From NCBI GenBank assembly GCA_973895155.1, contig OZ316898.1, forward strand, positions 16,599,420-16,663,419: a DNA stretch of 64,000 nucleotides, read 5' to 3'. The DNA is from Marsupella aquatica. Lineage: Eukaryota > Plantae > Marchantiophyta. Shown here piece after piece: positions 27,801-39,087 of this stretch; within the stretch, counting starts at the first letter, position 1, and every line of letters starts with the position of its first letter. The notes under the pieces are model-generated. The model was not told the DNA's origin. It worked only from the letters and a program-made list of their open reading frames with translations, and did no database searches. Both the position numbers and the translations under genes were made by a program.

Positions 27801-28693
27801 GGGGCGACCGGATTAGGGTTAGAGGGAGGCTAATTAACCTAAATTAGACAAATGTTAGGGTCCGAGGAGCTTTGGCAAAGGGATAAAAGGTGACACTCTT
27901 CATGTTTTCTTTCATTCTACAACTTTGCTACTACAACTTTCATGCCCTTTGGCTAATGAAGAAAACAAGTAGAAAGGTATGCCTTGCTTCAAATTGAAGT
28001 TTTGATTTGTTTTAGTGTTGTTTATGCTTCCTTCTATGTGATTGTTTTATAATTCTCATTATGTTTATTTTAAATGGAGGGATATGTATGAATCTTGTAC
28101 GCGTAGGCTTGGAGCCTCGGCTCAAGCTGGGATATTTTGTGCAAGAGTTTTTCATATTTCCTTAACAATGAGACATCATTTTTTTATGAAGCAAAATATT
28201 TTTGAGGATAGAGAAACTTATGTGCGTGTGTACCTGGAGCCTTGGCTCGGTATGTGATATTTCACATGTGTGTCATGATTCCTTTAAAATGTTTTTCACT
28301 TCATAGATAAATGGTTGTTACGTTATACATATTCAAAAACTTAGGACGAAGTAGGGATGTAGGGGAGTATGAGAGATGGGGAAACTTTGTTGCGCAATCT
28401 TTGAGTTTTGACTTAGGTTGGGATAATTCAACAGAGTGTCCTAGGCTTTTATATTCGTCACAGCCAAGAAATTAAAAAAGGAGAATAACAATCATATATT
28501 TCAGGGAAATGTGGTTGTTTAAGTTGTTTGTTATTTTGCTGGCATAGTATGAGTTATATGTTGCTTTGACATGGATGAAATATTTACACATGGAACAAAT
28601 ATTTATTTTGCGATGTTAAATTCTTTAACTTCAGGGTGTGTTGGAGGTGACGGTCTCATTCTTGAGAGTAAAGAGTCCTCTATCTTGTCAACA

Positions 28694-31399
28694 ATGTCTT
28701 CCAATGAGGAAGAGTCCGGTGAATCTGGACATCAGTCCACTATTCCTAGGCATGGTCCAAACCAATCTCGAGAGAGGAATGCAAAATTTTCTGTAGTGTG
28801 AAAATACTTTGAGCAATGTGAAGCGCCACCAAGATGTAATGATGTGAACTGAATGTATCAAAGATGCAAGTTTTGCAAAACATATAATACTTTTCATGCA
28901 ACACGAGCAAAGGCACATTTGATGGAAAACATCATGAAAGGGGATGTGCCACCATGCCTAGGACTATATGGTCATGTCAACTTGGATGAAATCAACAGAA
29001 TGTACAATGTCATCAAAGTTCCAACAGCTGTGAAATACAAACAAAGGGATGGAACCCACATTTTGCGGGATGCAAGAGGTCGCAGGCCAGATATCGGAAC
29101 TTCAAATTCACAAGCATCCACACAAGCGTCTAACCATCTTCAAATGGACGAGCTGTCAAATCTGACTGCTAGGGGTAGGGCAAGAAGTCTTTACAACCCA
29201 ATAATGGATGCTTTTCAAATTCCAAATAGAACACATTTGGACAAGCTTTGGGCAAAAGCGTTCTACACAAGTGGTATTGCGTTCAATGTTTCACAGAATC
29301 CTTATTTTTGAGAAGCGGTACATGAGACTTCAAAGGAATTGTAAATGGGTATTCTCTTCCCATTATGCAAAATTTGCGAGTGAAGTTGTTGGAGGAGGCT
29401 AAGGAAGATCTCACAAAAAACATGACCAAAACAATGAAGCAAGCAAAACCTAGCTTTTGGATATTCTCTTTCATTCAATGGATGGGAAAATATCCATAGG
29501 GAACCGTTGTTGACTTCTAAAGGCAATTTTTTCTTGGATAGTTGGAATGCGGCACAAGCTGATAGGAAAGATGGAAATATCTTGGAGACATGTGGCTGAA
29601 ATAGATGACATTGGTCTGGATCACATCATTCAAATTATAATTGATGGTGTGTCTGCAAATTGCGTAGCAGGTTGTGACATAGTTATGAAGAAATATCCAC
29701 ATGTCACATGGAGTTGGTGTGCAACCCATATATTTAACTTGTTGCTGGAAGACATGTGTGGTCACAAGAAAATTATGGTCGATTGAGAGTGGACAAAATC
29801 CATTCAAACTCATTTTTAAACGCTTGAGGTGGATAGTAAAAGCAGTTTCATTGTCACAAAAGCTTTGTGCAATATTTGTGAGGAAATTTGCTTGCAAAAG
29901 ACTATTGAATCCAAATGCAACAAGATTTGCGACCAATTTTTTGATGACGCAAAGAGCATTGGAGCTAAGAGAAGCTTTGCAACAAATGGTCATTGATGAT
30001 AAATGGGAGTCCAATTTTACCAACGTCAGCTGGGCATATGACAAGGGGAAAGGCAGATGAATTTAAAGCATGGATCCAACAAGATGCATTTTGGGCTCAA
30101 GTGAAAGCTACAATGAACTTCTTTCTTCCATTGGTGAAAATGCTACACAAATTTGATGGTGATTCACCCCAATCAACGTGGTTGTATTGGAGTCTAAAAA
30201 GGAGGATTACTAATCTCAAGGCAAGCATGGAAGAATGTCCATTGGTATCTGAGTACTTGAAGCCAAGGATACTAAAACTTTACATGGATCGAAGAGAATC
30301 TCTTACTACTGATTTTATGCTAGTTGCGGCATATATAAATTTGAGGATGTTTTTTGATGAGGAACTAGATGTTGCAGGAGGTGGAGGATTGTGTAGAGGT
30401 TTCAATCAATACATTGCTAGATTTGTTGAACACAATGTGAAGGAAAGGATCAACCATGATCGCAAGGTGAATGCACTCATTACTGCCATCCAAATGCAAG
30501 CAAATAAGGCGCAAAAGAAGCTGCCAAACACAACGGTAACCATGAGAGGAGCCCAATTAAGTATAGGTGATGTCAGCCCAAGAGAGTGGTGGCATTCATA
30601 CGGTGTTGATTATCAAGATTTAAGAATTATGCCTAGAAAAATCTATCACCAAAAAATGTGCGCATCAGTGTGTGAACAAAATTGGAGTTCATATATGGAT
30701 TTATACATTCTGCAAGTTGCAATAGATTGACAAATGATCGAGCAAAAGATTTAGTGTTTGTATTCACAAACATGAGAGTGGAAAAAGGGCTGCCTTACAA
30801 AAGTTCAAAACCCCCATACGTTTATATATAAACGTTATGAGGAAAGAAGAGCTTTAATTGATGGTGTTAGGCCATTATCCAGGGAGTGCTTTGACAATGA
30901 AGGGTATGATGCAACATGTGCGGATGTTGGAGAAGAAAACATCATCAATTTTGATACAATTGATGATGTTGATGAAGCACTACAAGGATTATCATTAGAT
31001 AAAGAAAGTGACTTCTTGACGCGTATTCCATCGGATACAAACGTAAGTGATGTAGGTGAATGGGAGAATGACACGGATTTTGACATGTATCATACAATTG
31101 ACGAGTCTCAATTTGAAGATGAGGATCATGCATCATTGTATTCAAACTTTGATATGTCTTCCCAGCCAAAGTTAGCTTGGGCTTATCCATCATTGAACGT
31201 CCACAATGATGTCGACCCAAACAGATCATATTTTGTTCAACAACACACTAGCATACAAGGGCATGATTGGGGGGAGGGGAGCAGATCACCTTTTTTCCAC
31301 AACACAATGATGTACAAGGTCGGTCTACGGACAACACACATGCACCATGGCAACAAGCTGCTACAATCTTCAATGAGTACAGAGGGCCTAGTGAGATGA
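28694..31399 (+). pseudogene. hAT transposase pseudogene (BED zinc finger, DUF659-type core, C-terminal dimerisation domain)
   Basis: BED-like CKFC...ATRAKAHL; WAKAFYTSGIAFNVSQNPYF; IIQIIIDG...WSWCATHIFNLLLED; PNATRFATNF; PREWWHSYG...ASVCEQNWS; NRL..DRAKDLVFVFTNMR; multiple stops and frameshifts; acidic tail to ~31399. Confidence 0.92.
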
Positions 31400-33459
31400 A
31401 ACTGTATACATCAAACAGACCTATATATTGATGATGGATTTTAACAACCTCGCAATCATGATTCAGTTGCATGGGCCACAGAAGAAGAGTGGAATCAAGC
31501 TTTGCAACAACAATACTAGGAATTTCTTTTCACAACCTTGAGATATGTTTTTACTACTATAGTAGCATGCTTTCAACTATTGTAAACATTGTTACTGTAT
31601 AACAATAACAATGTTATCGTTTTTATTTAATATAAGTTATTTTTGTTTCATATGAAAGGTGTTTTTTAAGTGTGAAATGTCACAAAGGAACGCCAAACAC
31701 CATTTTGGAGGGGTTAAGAGGCAACACCTCATCATAGTCATTATGTTTTCTTTATTATTTATTGTATTTCAGATAAATCATTTCTCTGTATAGACACCCA
31801 AACCATTATTATTTTTAGTCATAAATGAAATCATTAAACGTAAATGATTCAGCGGCAAAGTAGGGTTTTCCACCCTTCATGATCCTACCGAGGATCCTAC
31901 CTATTTTATGATTGTCATTCTGCCCATTCATGGTTGTCTATCGGTCATTATGGACAAGAATGAGACAAACAAGAGAACAAGCCCGGTTTCTCAGGTCGGG
32001 CAATTTCTGTGAGTTTACTATGCAATGATGCCTAAGGCGCAGACATACCTGCTAAATTATGTACTCAACAACATTCCTACAATATTTTGATCATAAGAAA
32101 CATGATTGCAAGCTCCAGTCCCAATGCTTGCAAACTTTGCTTCCCAAACCTATGGAATCGAGGAGGATGGAGTATTCATGATAAAAGACCAAGCGAGGCA
32201 ATAAGCACCATGGACCCTCGCCCAAGGTGACTGACCTGTAGACCAGAAGGATTGGCAAGGTTGGCTACAATCACTCTCCACATTGCCAAGATTTTCTCAA
32301 CCCCTTGAGCAGAGGTTGTTGGCGCTCACAAAAGCCTTCAAAGAGTATAGGAGGTCCAACATAGTTTCCAAATTCCACCGATTGAAAGGCCTATTGCTTT
32401 TATTATCCCTCGGCTCCTCTGGTGTCAGTCTTCTTTGTTCAATCACCGATGCAAAAATAATCATTGATGGTAGTCCACCTCTGATATGGTCTACGCGTTG
32501 CTATCATTTTATTTCCTGCGGTTGCCTCTCAGCTCACATGTCCAGTGAGTCCTTCTTGCTCTAATGAACAAAGATCTTCTTCAGCTAGAAAGCATCAATC
32601 ATTGACGGCACAAAACTGAGCTCTTGAAAGGTCATTGTCGCCGTGTAGAAGCTGTGATGATGTGAGTCCATACCTTGTAATCCAAAATTGTTTCCCTGAA
32701 ATTCCTAAATAGCAAGTTTTTGTCGGAGTTCCATGTTAGTCGGCCTTGGATGTCCGTTGTTGTCACTTTGTTCGATCTCCATCAGGTTGTATGTCACATT
32801 TTTCCACCCTGGTCTCTATTACACAAATGGCTCCCGCCTTGTGGTCATATAGTACCAAAAGGAGTATAGAAATCAGTGTACAGTACATCCAAGGTTGCAT
32901 CCTTGGAATGCAACTCACTGTTGGAGTCATTTGTGCAAGCAGACACCAGTGTCACAACATTTGACATACACGTTGATGGAGATAGAAGAAAGTGACGACA
33001 ACAGACATCCATGGTCGACAAACATGGATCCCAGATGTCTCTAGCTACTTCCAATTTTGAAGGTTTACGTCTTTGGCCAAGGGGAAGGATAACATGCCAA
33101 GATTCTTCTTAATTCAATTTTGATAGATTGATTTTTCATCTTTTCATCTCCCTTTATTTAAGGACAACCTTTACATCTTGGATAATGGAGTTTGTGGCTA
33201 CATGTGCAAATGGTTATATTGCACAAAATTTGAATATACTGCAGTGTAATTTTCTTGAAGGGGAACCCTAAATTGTCATTTAGCGTGAAGGATATACAAA
33301 CATATCACACTAGCTCAACCAAAACAAAATATAATGTCATTGCAAACTTTTCTTTAACAATTAAAATCTGAAAACAATTGTCAAAGACTATTTGCAAGTG
33401 CTAGCATAGGAAAAGTCTCTAATAATCAAGTACATCAAAATCTAGAGACTATTGGTTTC

Positions 33460-33834
33460 AATTCCTTTTGCCATTGAAGTCTACTGCTTTCAATTCCGCT
33501 TGCTTTTGACGTCGTCGATGGTGACAAATAGATTATTACATATTTTGCTCATCTATTGATGGCTGATTGACTATAGCATATTTCTTCCATTCATTGAATC
33601 GACCATTGAGGAGCAACCTATCAAATTTTCCATCTCACAAATTATACTCATTGATTGTAAACTGTTCAATGGGAGTGAAATCTATTTGCGTCATCTCTAG
33701 ACCCTCTTCTGTCATTTCCTTAGTGGCTTGTTGAGTCTCAATTGTTGGCATTTGGTTTAGCAATCCTTGTTGCTCATATTTGCGTTCATGAAATGGTGTG
33801 CGACACCAACATTTTCTGCTCTTCTTCAACCATC
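33460..33834 (-). pseudogene. 3' segment of hAT cargo gene (C-terminal half of RING-H2 and tail)
   Basis: WLKKSRKCWCRTPFHERKY... continues in frame from 43537 when CACTA-2 and one ATC copy are removed; end approximate. Confidence 0.7.
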
Positions 33835-34517
33835 CACTACAACACTACCCACACCTTTTGCGAACTTGAAAGCATCGCAAACAACAAAGGAAATCAAAAA
33901 ACAAAACTCGCCTTTGCGAAGTATCGCGCATCGCAATAGAATCGCAAACTACGAAGCCCAAAGGTTCGCATCCGGTCTTTCGCAAGACCTTCGCAACGCC
34001 TTTGCAACTTGCGACACTAATAGAATCACAAAGGACTCACATTTAAGCGACTCCGTGGGCGTCGCGAGAGGCTTGCGATAATAATCAAGCAGTTAAATAT
34101 TTGCAATCCCAGAAGTTTGGTAATCGGTTTGCGATATTAAGTTAATGGTAGTTATGCCATGAACATGGCTTCGCATTTTTGTGAACGTATGTGGTTTGCA
34201 TAATGTTTGCGATACCTTCAATATGGTAAATATGCGAATTGGGTTGTTCGCATAGGTTTCGCAAGATGTCTTGAGGCTAGGGTTTAGATTTAGAGTTTTG
34301 AATTATGGTTGGGGTCTTGTCGTCCAACACGGAGAATGAGGTCTGAATCAAAATTGCTTTATAGAAAATTGATAGGTACACAAAAATTAGGGTTTCCTAA
34401 ACCCTAAACCCTAGATGGGTGTCATATGACAAGCTAGGTCCCTATAAGACTACCCATATCAAAACTATATACTACACTAAGTAAATGGGCATCCCATAGG
34501 CACTACACCACCAAGCT

Positions 34518-36488
34518 CTAGAATGGGGTCCTCCTACTCCTTGTCGCCGGCCTCTTCCCCTTGTCCCTCTTGCGACGATCCGGACGTGGCACAGGAGGTG
34601 GTGCTGGCTGCTCCTCCACATCTGGTTCCTCCTCGTCCTCGTCCTCATCCTCTTCCTCCCCCTCCTGCTGGGAAACTCCTCCTACTGGTCCAGATCCACT
34701 ACTCCCTCCTACCTTGGGCCCCTTTGTCGTGGTCCCCTCATTGTTCTCATCGGTGCTGCTGGTATCACTGGCATCCTCATCATCCTGTTTGCACAGCACA
34801 ACGCCAAATTGGTTTAGGTTTACGGAATGAAAAGATAAGTGGATTGGGTGGGAAAAACTGAAGGGGATACATGCACTTACAGTCGCCAACTCTGCGTCAA
34901 CCAAGTCAAAGAGATGTTTGGCTCCATGCGCAGCTCCTATCTCCATCTCTTTTGCTGTTATCTTCCTTCGGTACCTCTTATACTACCACAACCAAACATT
35001 CCAAAACCAAAATAGATCGAGGTTAATATGCTATAAACCCAAGAAAAATGCATGGAGGTGCTAATAGGGTGCCCTCTAACACAAAACTGGGCTCAATAAC
35101 CCTTAGCGGTTTTTTTAAAACATAATACACACTTGCGAAACTCCCCACTTCGCAAATTCAAATAAATTGGCTGTTTGCGAAGTAGTTTGCGAAGCGAGTT
35201 ATTTCGCAATAGCTTCGCATTTACAACTTTAAAAAATGCCATGATAGACTTTGCGAAACATTTGCGAAGCAACCCGCATCGCAAAAGCTTCGCAAACTCT
35301 GTTTTTAAAAAATTCCGAGAAATCTCTAAGGCACGCAATGTGTCAGGGTGACCTAAAGTACAAGGCAGGCCGTAAGAAAGAAACAAGAGGTATGCAGGGG
35401 GGGCATTGCAGGTTTGGATAGCAATTGAAAGCAAGGAAACAGAAGCAGGGGAGGAGAGGAGAGGGCCCACTCACAAAGTGTGCTTTGAGGCCGGGAAGTC
35501 CACCTTGGCCCATCTTGTGCGTGGTCTTGGGCCGTTTGCTGACTCGCTCAGCTGCAAGGATGAATTTTTGGGGTGGTGCACCCACTTCATCCACAATGTG
35601 CTGCATGTGAGACACTTTCTCAGCCATTGCCTTGAGCTCTCGGTCGGACTTCCCGGCCTTCTGTGCCTTGGCTTCCATCTCCTTCCAGAAGAGAAGGTTC
35701 CTGGCAGCTCTCATCTGCACCTCCACTTTGTAAAAGGCATTCCACACGTCCTCAGTGAATTGCAGTGGCCTCCTCACGTTTCTGTACTCCTCCAAGTTTG
35801 CCAGGTAGGCCCTTACCTTCTTCCTATCATGGTACCGTGCTTGAGACATTGAATTGGAAATTCTATCTGCAAGCCACTGTTCATCAATCTCTGCTCCATT
35901 TCGAAATGAATCTTTGATTTGACTCATTACTTTCTTCTGGTCTGCCTTGCTGAGTTTCCCCCACTCAACTCCTCGTGCAAAATTGGAGCGCACCATAAGC
36001 TTGATAGTGCTCTTTGCCCCGGTGTAGGCCAGTTCAGTAGGAATGCCTTCGATCAAGGCAATCATAGGCAGCTTCTTCCTCTCTTCCTCCTTCTTTCGCT
36101 GCTCCTCCCGCTGTGCTCTTATCTCATCTCGTTCCTCTCTCCTCCTCTTCTTTTCTAGGGCAACAGGTGAGACTACTCCTGCCTTGGCCCTCTCCTCCTT
36201 CTTACGCTTCTTCTCTCTTGCCTTCTGTTGAGCTGCACTCCTTTGCTCCTCCTCCCTTGCAATGTTCCCTGCATCTACTCCCGTTTGCAAGGCTTGCCCA
36301 AGGATTGCACTCAAAGAAGCAATCCCTGCTGGTGTAGTCAAATCTAAGTGGCTCAACTGTGCTGCATTGAGGTGCTCAGCCATCAAATCGGTCCATCAAT
36401 TCCTCTCCTGCTCCCCATTGCCTTCATTCCCATTGCCACTCTCACTCACCCCTGCCCTATCACCTCCATTTGCTCCACTGGAATCCAT
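34518..36488 (-). pseudogene. TnpA-like (Ptta/En/Spm accessory) gene of CACTA-2; exons 36488..35475, 34982..34881, 34784..34518
   Basis: GT-AG introns (TTT|GTGAGT..GGTAG|TAT; ACT|GTAAGT..ACAG|GAT) keep frame; motifs W.KLSKADQKKVM..IKDSF, RPLQFTEDVW and HKMGQGG are typical of TnpA-like proteins; acidic/basic C-tail; one in-frame TGA at 36396..36398 after ATG 36488 (a downstream ATG at 36383 leaves ~425 open codons). Confidence 0.75.
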
Positions 36489-37771
36489 AGCCAAGCCACC
36501 CCCCGAGCGCGCGCGAGCTCCCTTCTCCCTCCCTACGCTTGAAATTTGTCAAATGCCGCTGAGTACGCCGCGGCCGAGTGCAAAAGTACAAGCGGGAAAG
36601 ACTTGCGAAGCAACCCGTTTCGCAAGTTGCGATTCTTCTTGTTTCGCATATAGTTTCTCAATTTTGCGAAACCATTGCGACGTGAAAGGCTTCGCAACAC
36701 CTTCGCTCTCTCGCATAAATGCTCTCGGGCTCTGTTTTTCTGAAGGTCTTGCGAAAGCAGTAGCTTCGCAAACCTCAATTCTAATTTGTGATGGTATTTG
36801 CGAAGGAAGCAGCTTCGCAAGACATTGGCAACTCGTCCTGGGGGAATGTTGGTTTCATTTGAAAGGGTTTTTTTCAAAGGTGAAGTGGACCCCTCTATAC
36901 TCATATTTGGAATGCTTTTGGCCATGTTTTGGGTGTTAGATAATAGTTGAAGGCGGGTTTGAAGGGTTAGGCAGATTTCAGGTTAATGGGTTATGTATGG
37001 TGTTGGTTTAGGCTAAGGTTTGGGTTTACATTAGTTTAGAAGAAATAATAAAGGTGTGGGATTTGGTTTACAAGAAATAAGTAAGGTTTGGGTTTAGGGT
37101 TTTAGGGTTTGGGGTTTTTAAATAGAAAGGTCTCTAGGGTTGAAGAAAGGTTTGGGTTTGTGTGTAAGTCAGATTTAGGTTTAATAGGTAGGATGCGGTT
37201 TGGGGTTGAAGGTTTGGATAAGACAAAGCAAGGTTTCATGAGATTTATATTGCAGCCTTTTGGGTTTAAGAGAGGTTCATTGGGTTTATGAATCAAAAGG
37301 GGATTGGCATGGGTTTTGCTAACAAAGGAGGGGAATATATGATAGCTTGCAGGGTGCGGCACTTTTTGATGATTTGATACTAATGCATATGCATTGTGAG
37401 AGCCCGGGCATCTGAAAGGTAAACATTGCATGATCGGCTAAAGTGTTCCTTTCATGTACTTAACACTTTTGGTTGCCACTATGTATATAGGGTTTTTTGT
37501 TCTTGTCTGGTCCAGATTATTGTGCTTACATATACATGGAATGGTTGTAGCTTTTCCCTCATACTTTCAGATTGGGTTCATTAATTATCTTAGAGCCACA
37601 AGAGCTATTGGCACTGCTGAGCCCGGGTCTCATAAAGGTACCTTTTTTATTGCTATGGTCATTTTGGTTTGGGTTTCTTGTCATCATTATTTGGGAACTT
37701 TGATTTATATCATTTTGTGGTATGTTTTGGTCATAACATGCCCATTTTAATTATATCTTGTTACAGGGGAT

Positions 37772-37992
37772 ATGTCTTCATCTTCTGAAATCTCCACCAC
37801 AGACTCGTCCTCCTCTGATGAAGATACACCACCTCCACCTCAACATCACACGACCGCACCTCCTCCTCGCGGTCGACCCCGTCAACTTTGTGAATGTTCC
37901 AGATGTGTGGGTCAGGTTTCCCAAAAATCTTACATATTGAGAGATATGGGCGTTGTGGACGTCATACGGCAGGGGCTTCTTCATCTCATATG
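37772..37992 (+). pseudogene. First coding exon of the CACTA-2 plus-strand unit (transposase-associated CxCxxC...H zinc-binding motif)
   Basis: ATG after acceptor TTACAG; LCECSRC then, after a frameshift near 37925, LHIERYG...SSHM|GTAAGT (phase-0 donor at 37992). The Cys-His spacing is short, consistent with a small 3n+1 deletion. Confidence 0.65.
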
Positions 37993-38095
37993 GTAAGTGT
38001 TATGCCTTAGTTTTCCTACCCTATTCCCATTACTCAATGGTTGAAGGTTTGCAATTTCACACCTACTTTTGTTTGTTTTGGTTTCGGTGGAATAG

Positions 38096-38911
38096 GTATC
38101 CAATAGGCCTAGACCTGCGGCACAAGCACCCTATGTCCCATCACAAGGTGTTCTAGATGCTATAGGCAATGCATTCTCAAAAGCCTTGGGTCTAGCGGCA
38201 AGGCCCACCAGTCCTAGGGAAGTTGGGGTTGAGGCTATTGTCCCAAGAGGGAGAAAGCGTTCCAAGAGGCGGGCCCGAGGGGATACTGATTTGTACAAGG
38301 CAGTGGTTACGGGTCGGTGGGGTGATTGTGAGTTCACTGGTAGACGTGTCCCTATCATCAAGGACTGGGATCCTGAGACTCTTGGTTTGCCATAACAGCT
38401 TTCCTACGGTGCGGAGGTAGAGGTTTGGGGTAGACGTTGGGTTATCAAACCTTCCACACTTGGGGATAGACATGGCTATGGAGTTTTTGCCTATGAGGAC
38501 ATCATTGTGGACGCCGAGAGTGGTAGAGGTGGACGCGGCCGAGAGGGGCCTACTTTGTTTCCTTATGGTGGACCCATCTACAAGAGAAGACATTGGAACA
38601 TGATCCTTGCACAACACCCTGAGTGGAAGACTTATGCATTGGACATGGATACTTTTGATGGAAACACTAGAAGGTATAGTGAGCAGCGTGTCATAGATGG
38701 GGACCCCATACGGACTGGGAATATTGCTGGTTTCATAAACAGTACCGTGGGGACTCGCCCTAAGCGTAGGCAAAATTGTGAGTGGGTTTTCATTGAGGGT
38801 CCTCCGCCAGCACCTTATGGCCAGACATATCATCATGACCATTGCCTAGTTGTAGCAACAAGGACCATTAACTCAGGGGATGAGTTATTTACTCACTATG
38901 AGTGGGATTAG
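38096..38911 (+). pseudogene. SET-domain (lysine methyltransferase-like) exon carried by CACTA-2
   Basis: Acceptor AATAG at 38095; one frame with a single TAA (38393..38395). SET motifs from 38444: IKPSTLGDRHGYGVFAYEDI, FPYGGPIY, YAL..., IDGDPIRTGNIAGFINS, NCEW, LVVATRTINSGDELFTHY. Confidence 0.85.
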
Positions 38912-39087
38912 GGTTAAGTTAAGGGTCATAGGTGGTATGTTGCATATCAAAGGGCACTACATATGGCCTTTGGCCACATTTTGTATTTGCACCACAACCA
39001 ATATTATTTCATTTTTGCACACCCCTAGCCCATTTTTGTGTGTGTTCTCTTTGCAATATAACTTTCAATTGTTTGCTTTGTTTTTAG

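Noticed and set aside
26866-27847. Pro/Gly-rich ORFs here and at 46957..47695 and 42780..43037
   Set aside because: Stop-free frames caused by low-complexity G/C tracts, not genes.
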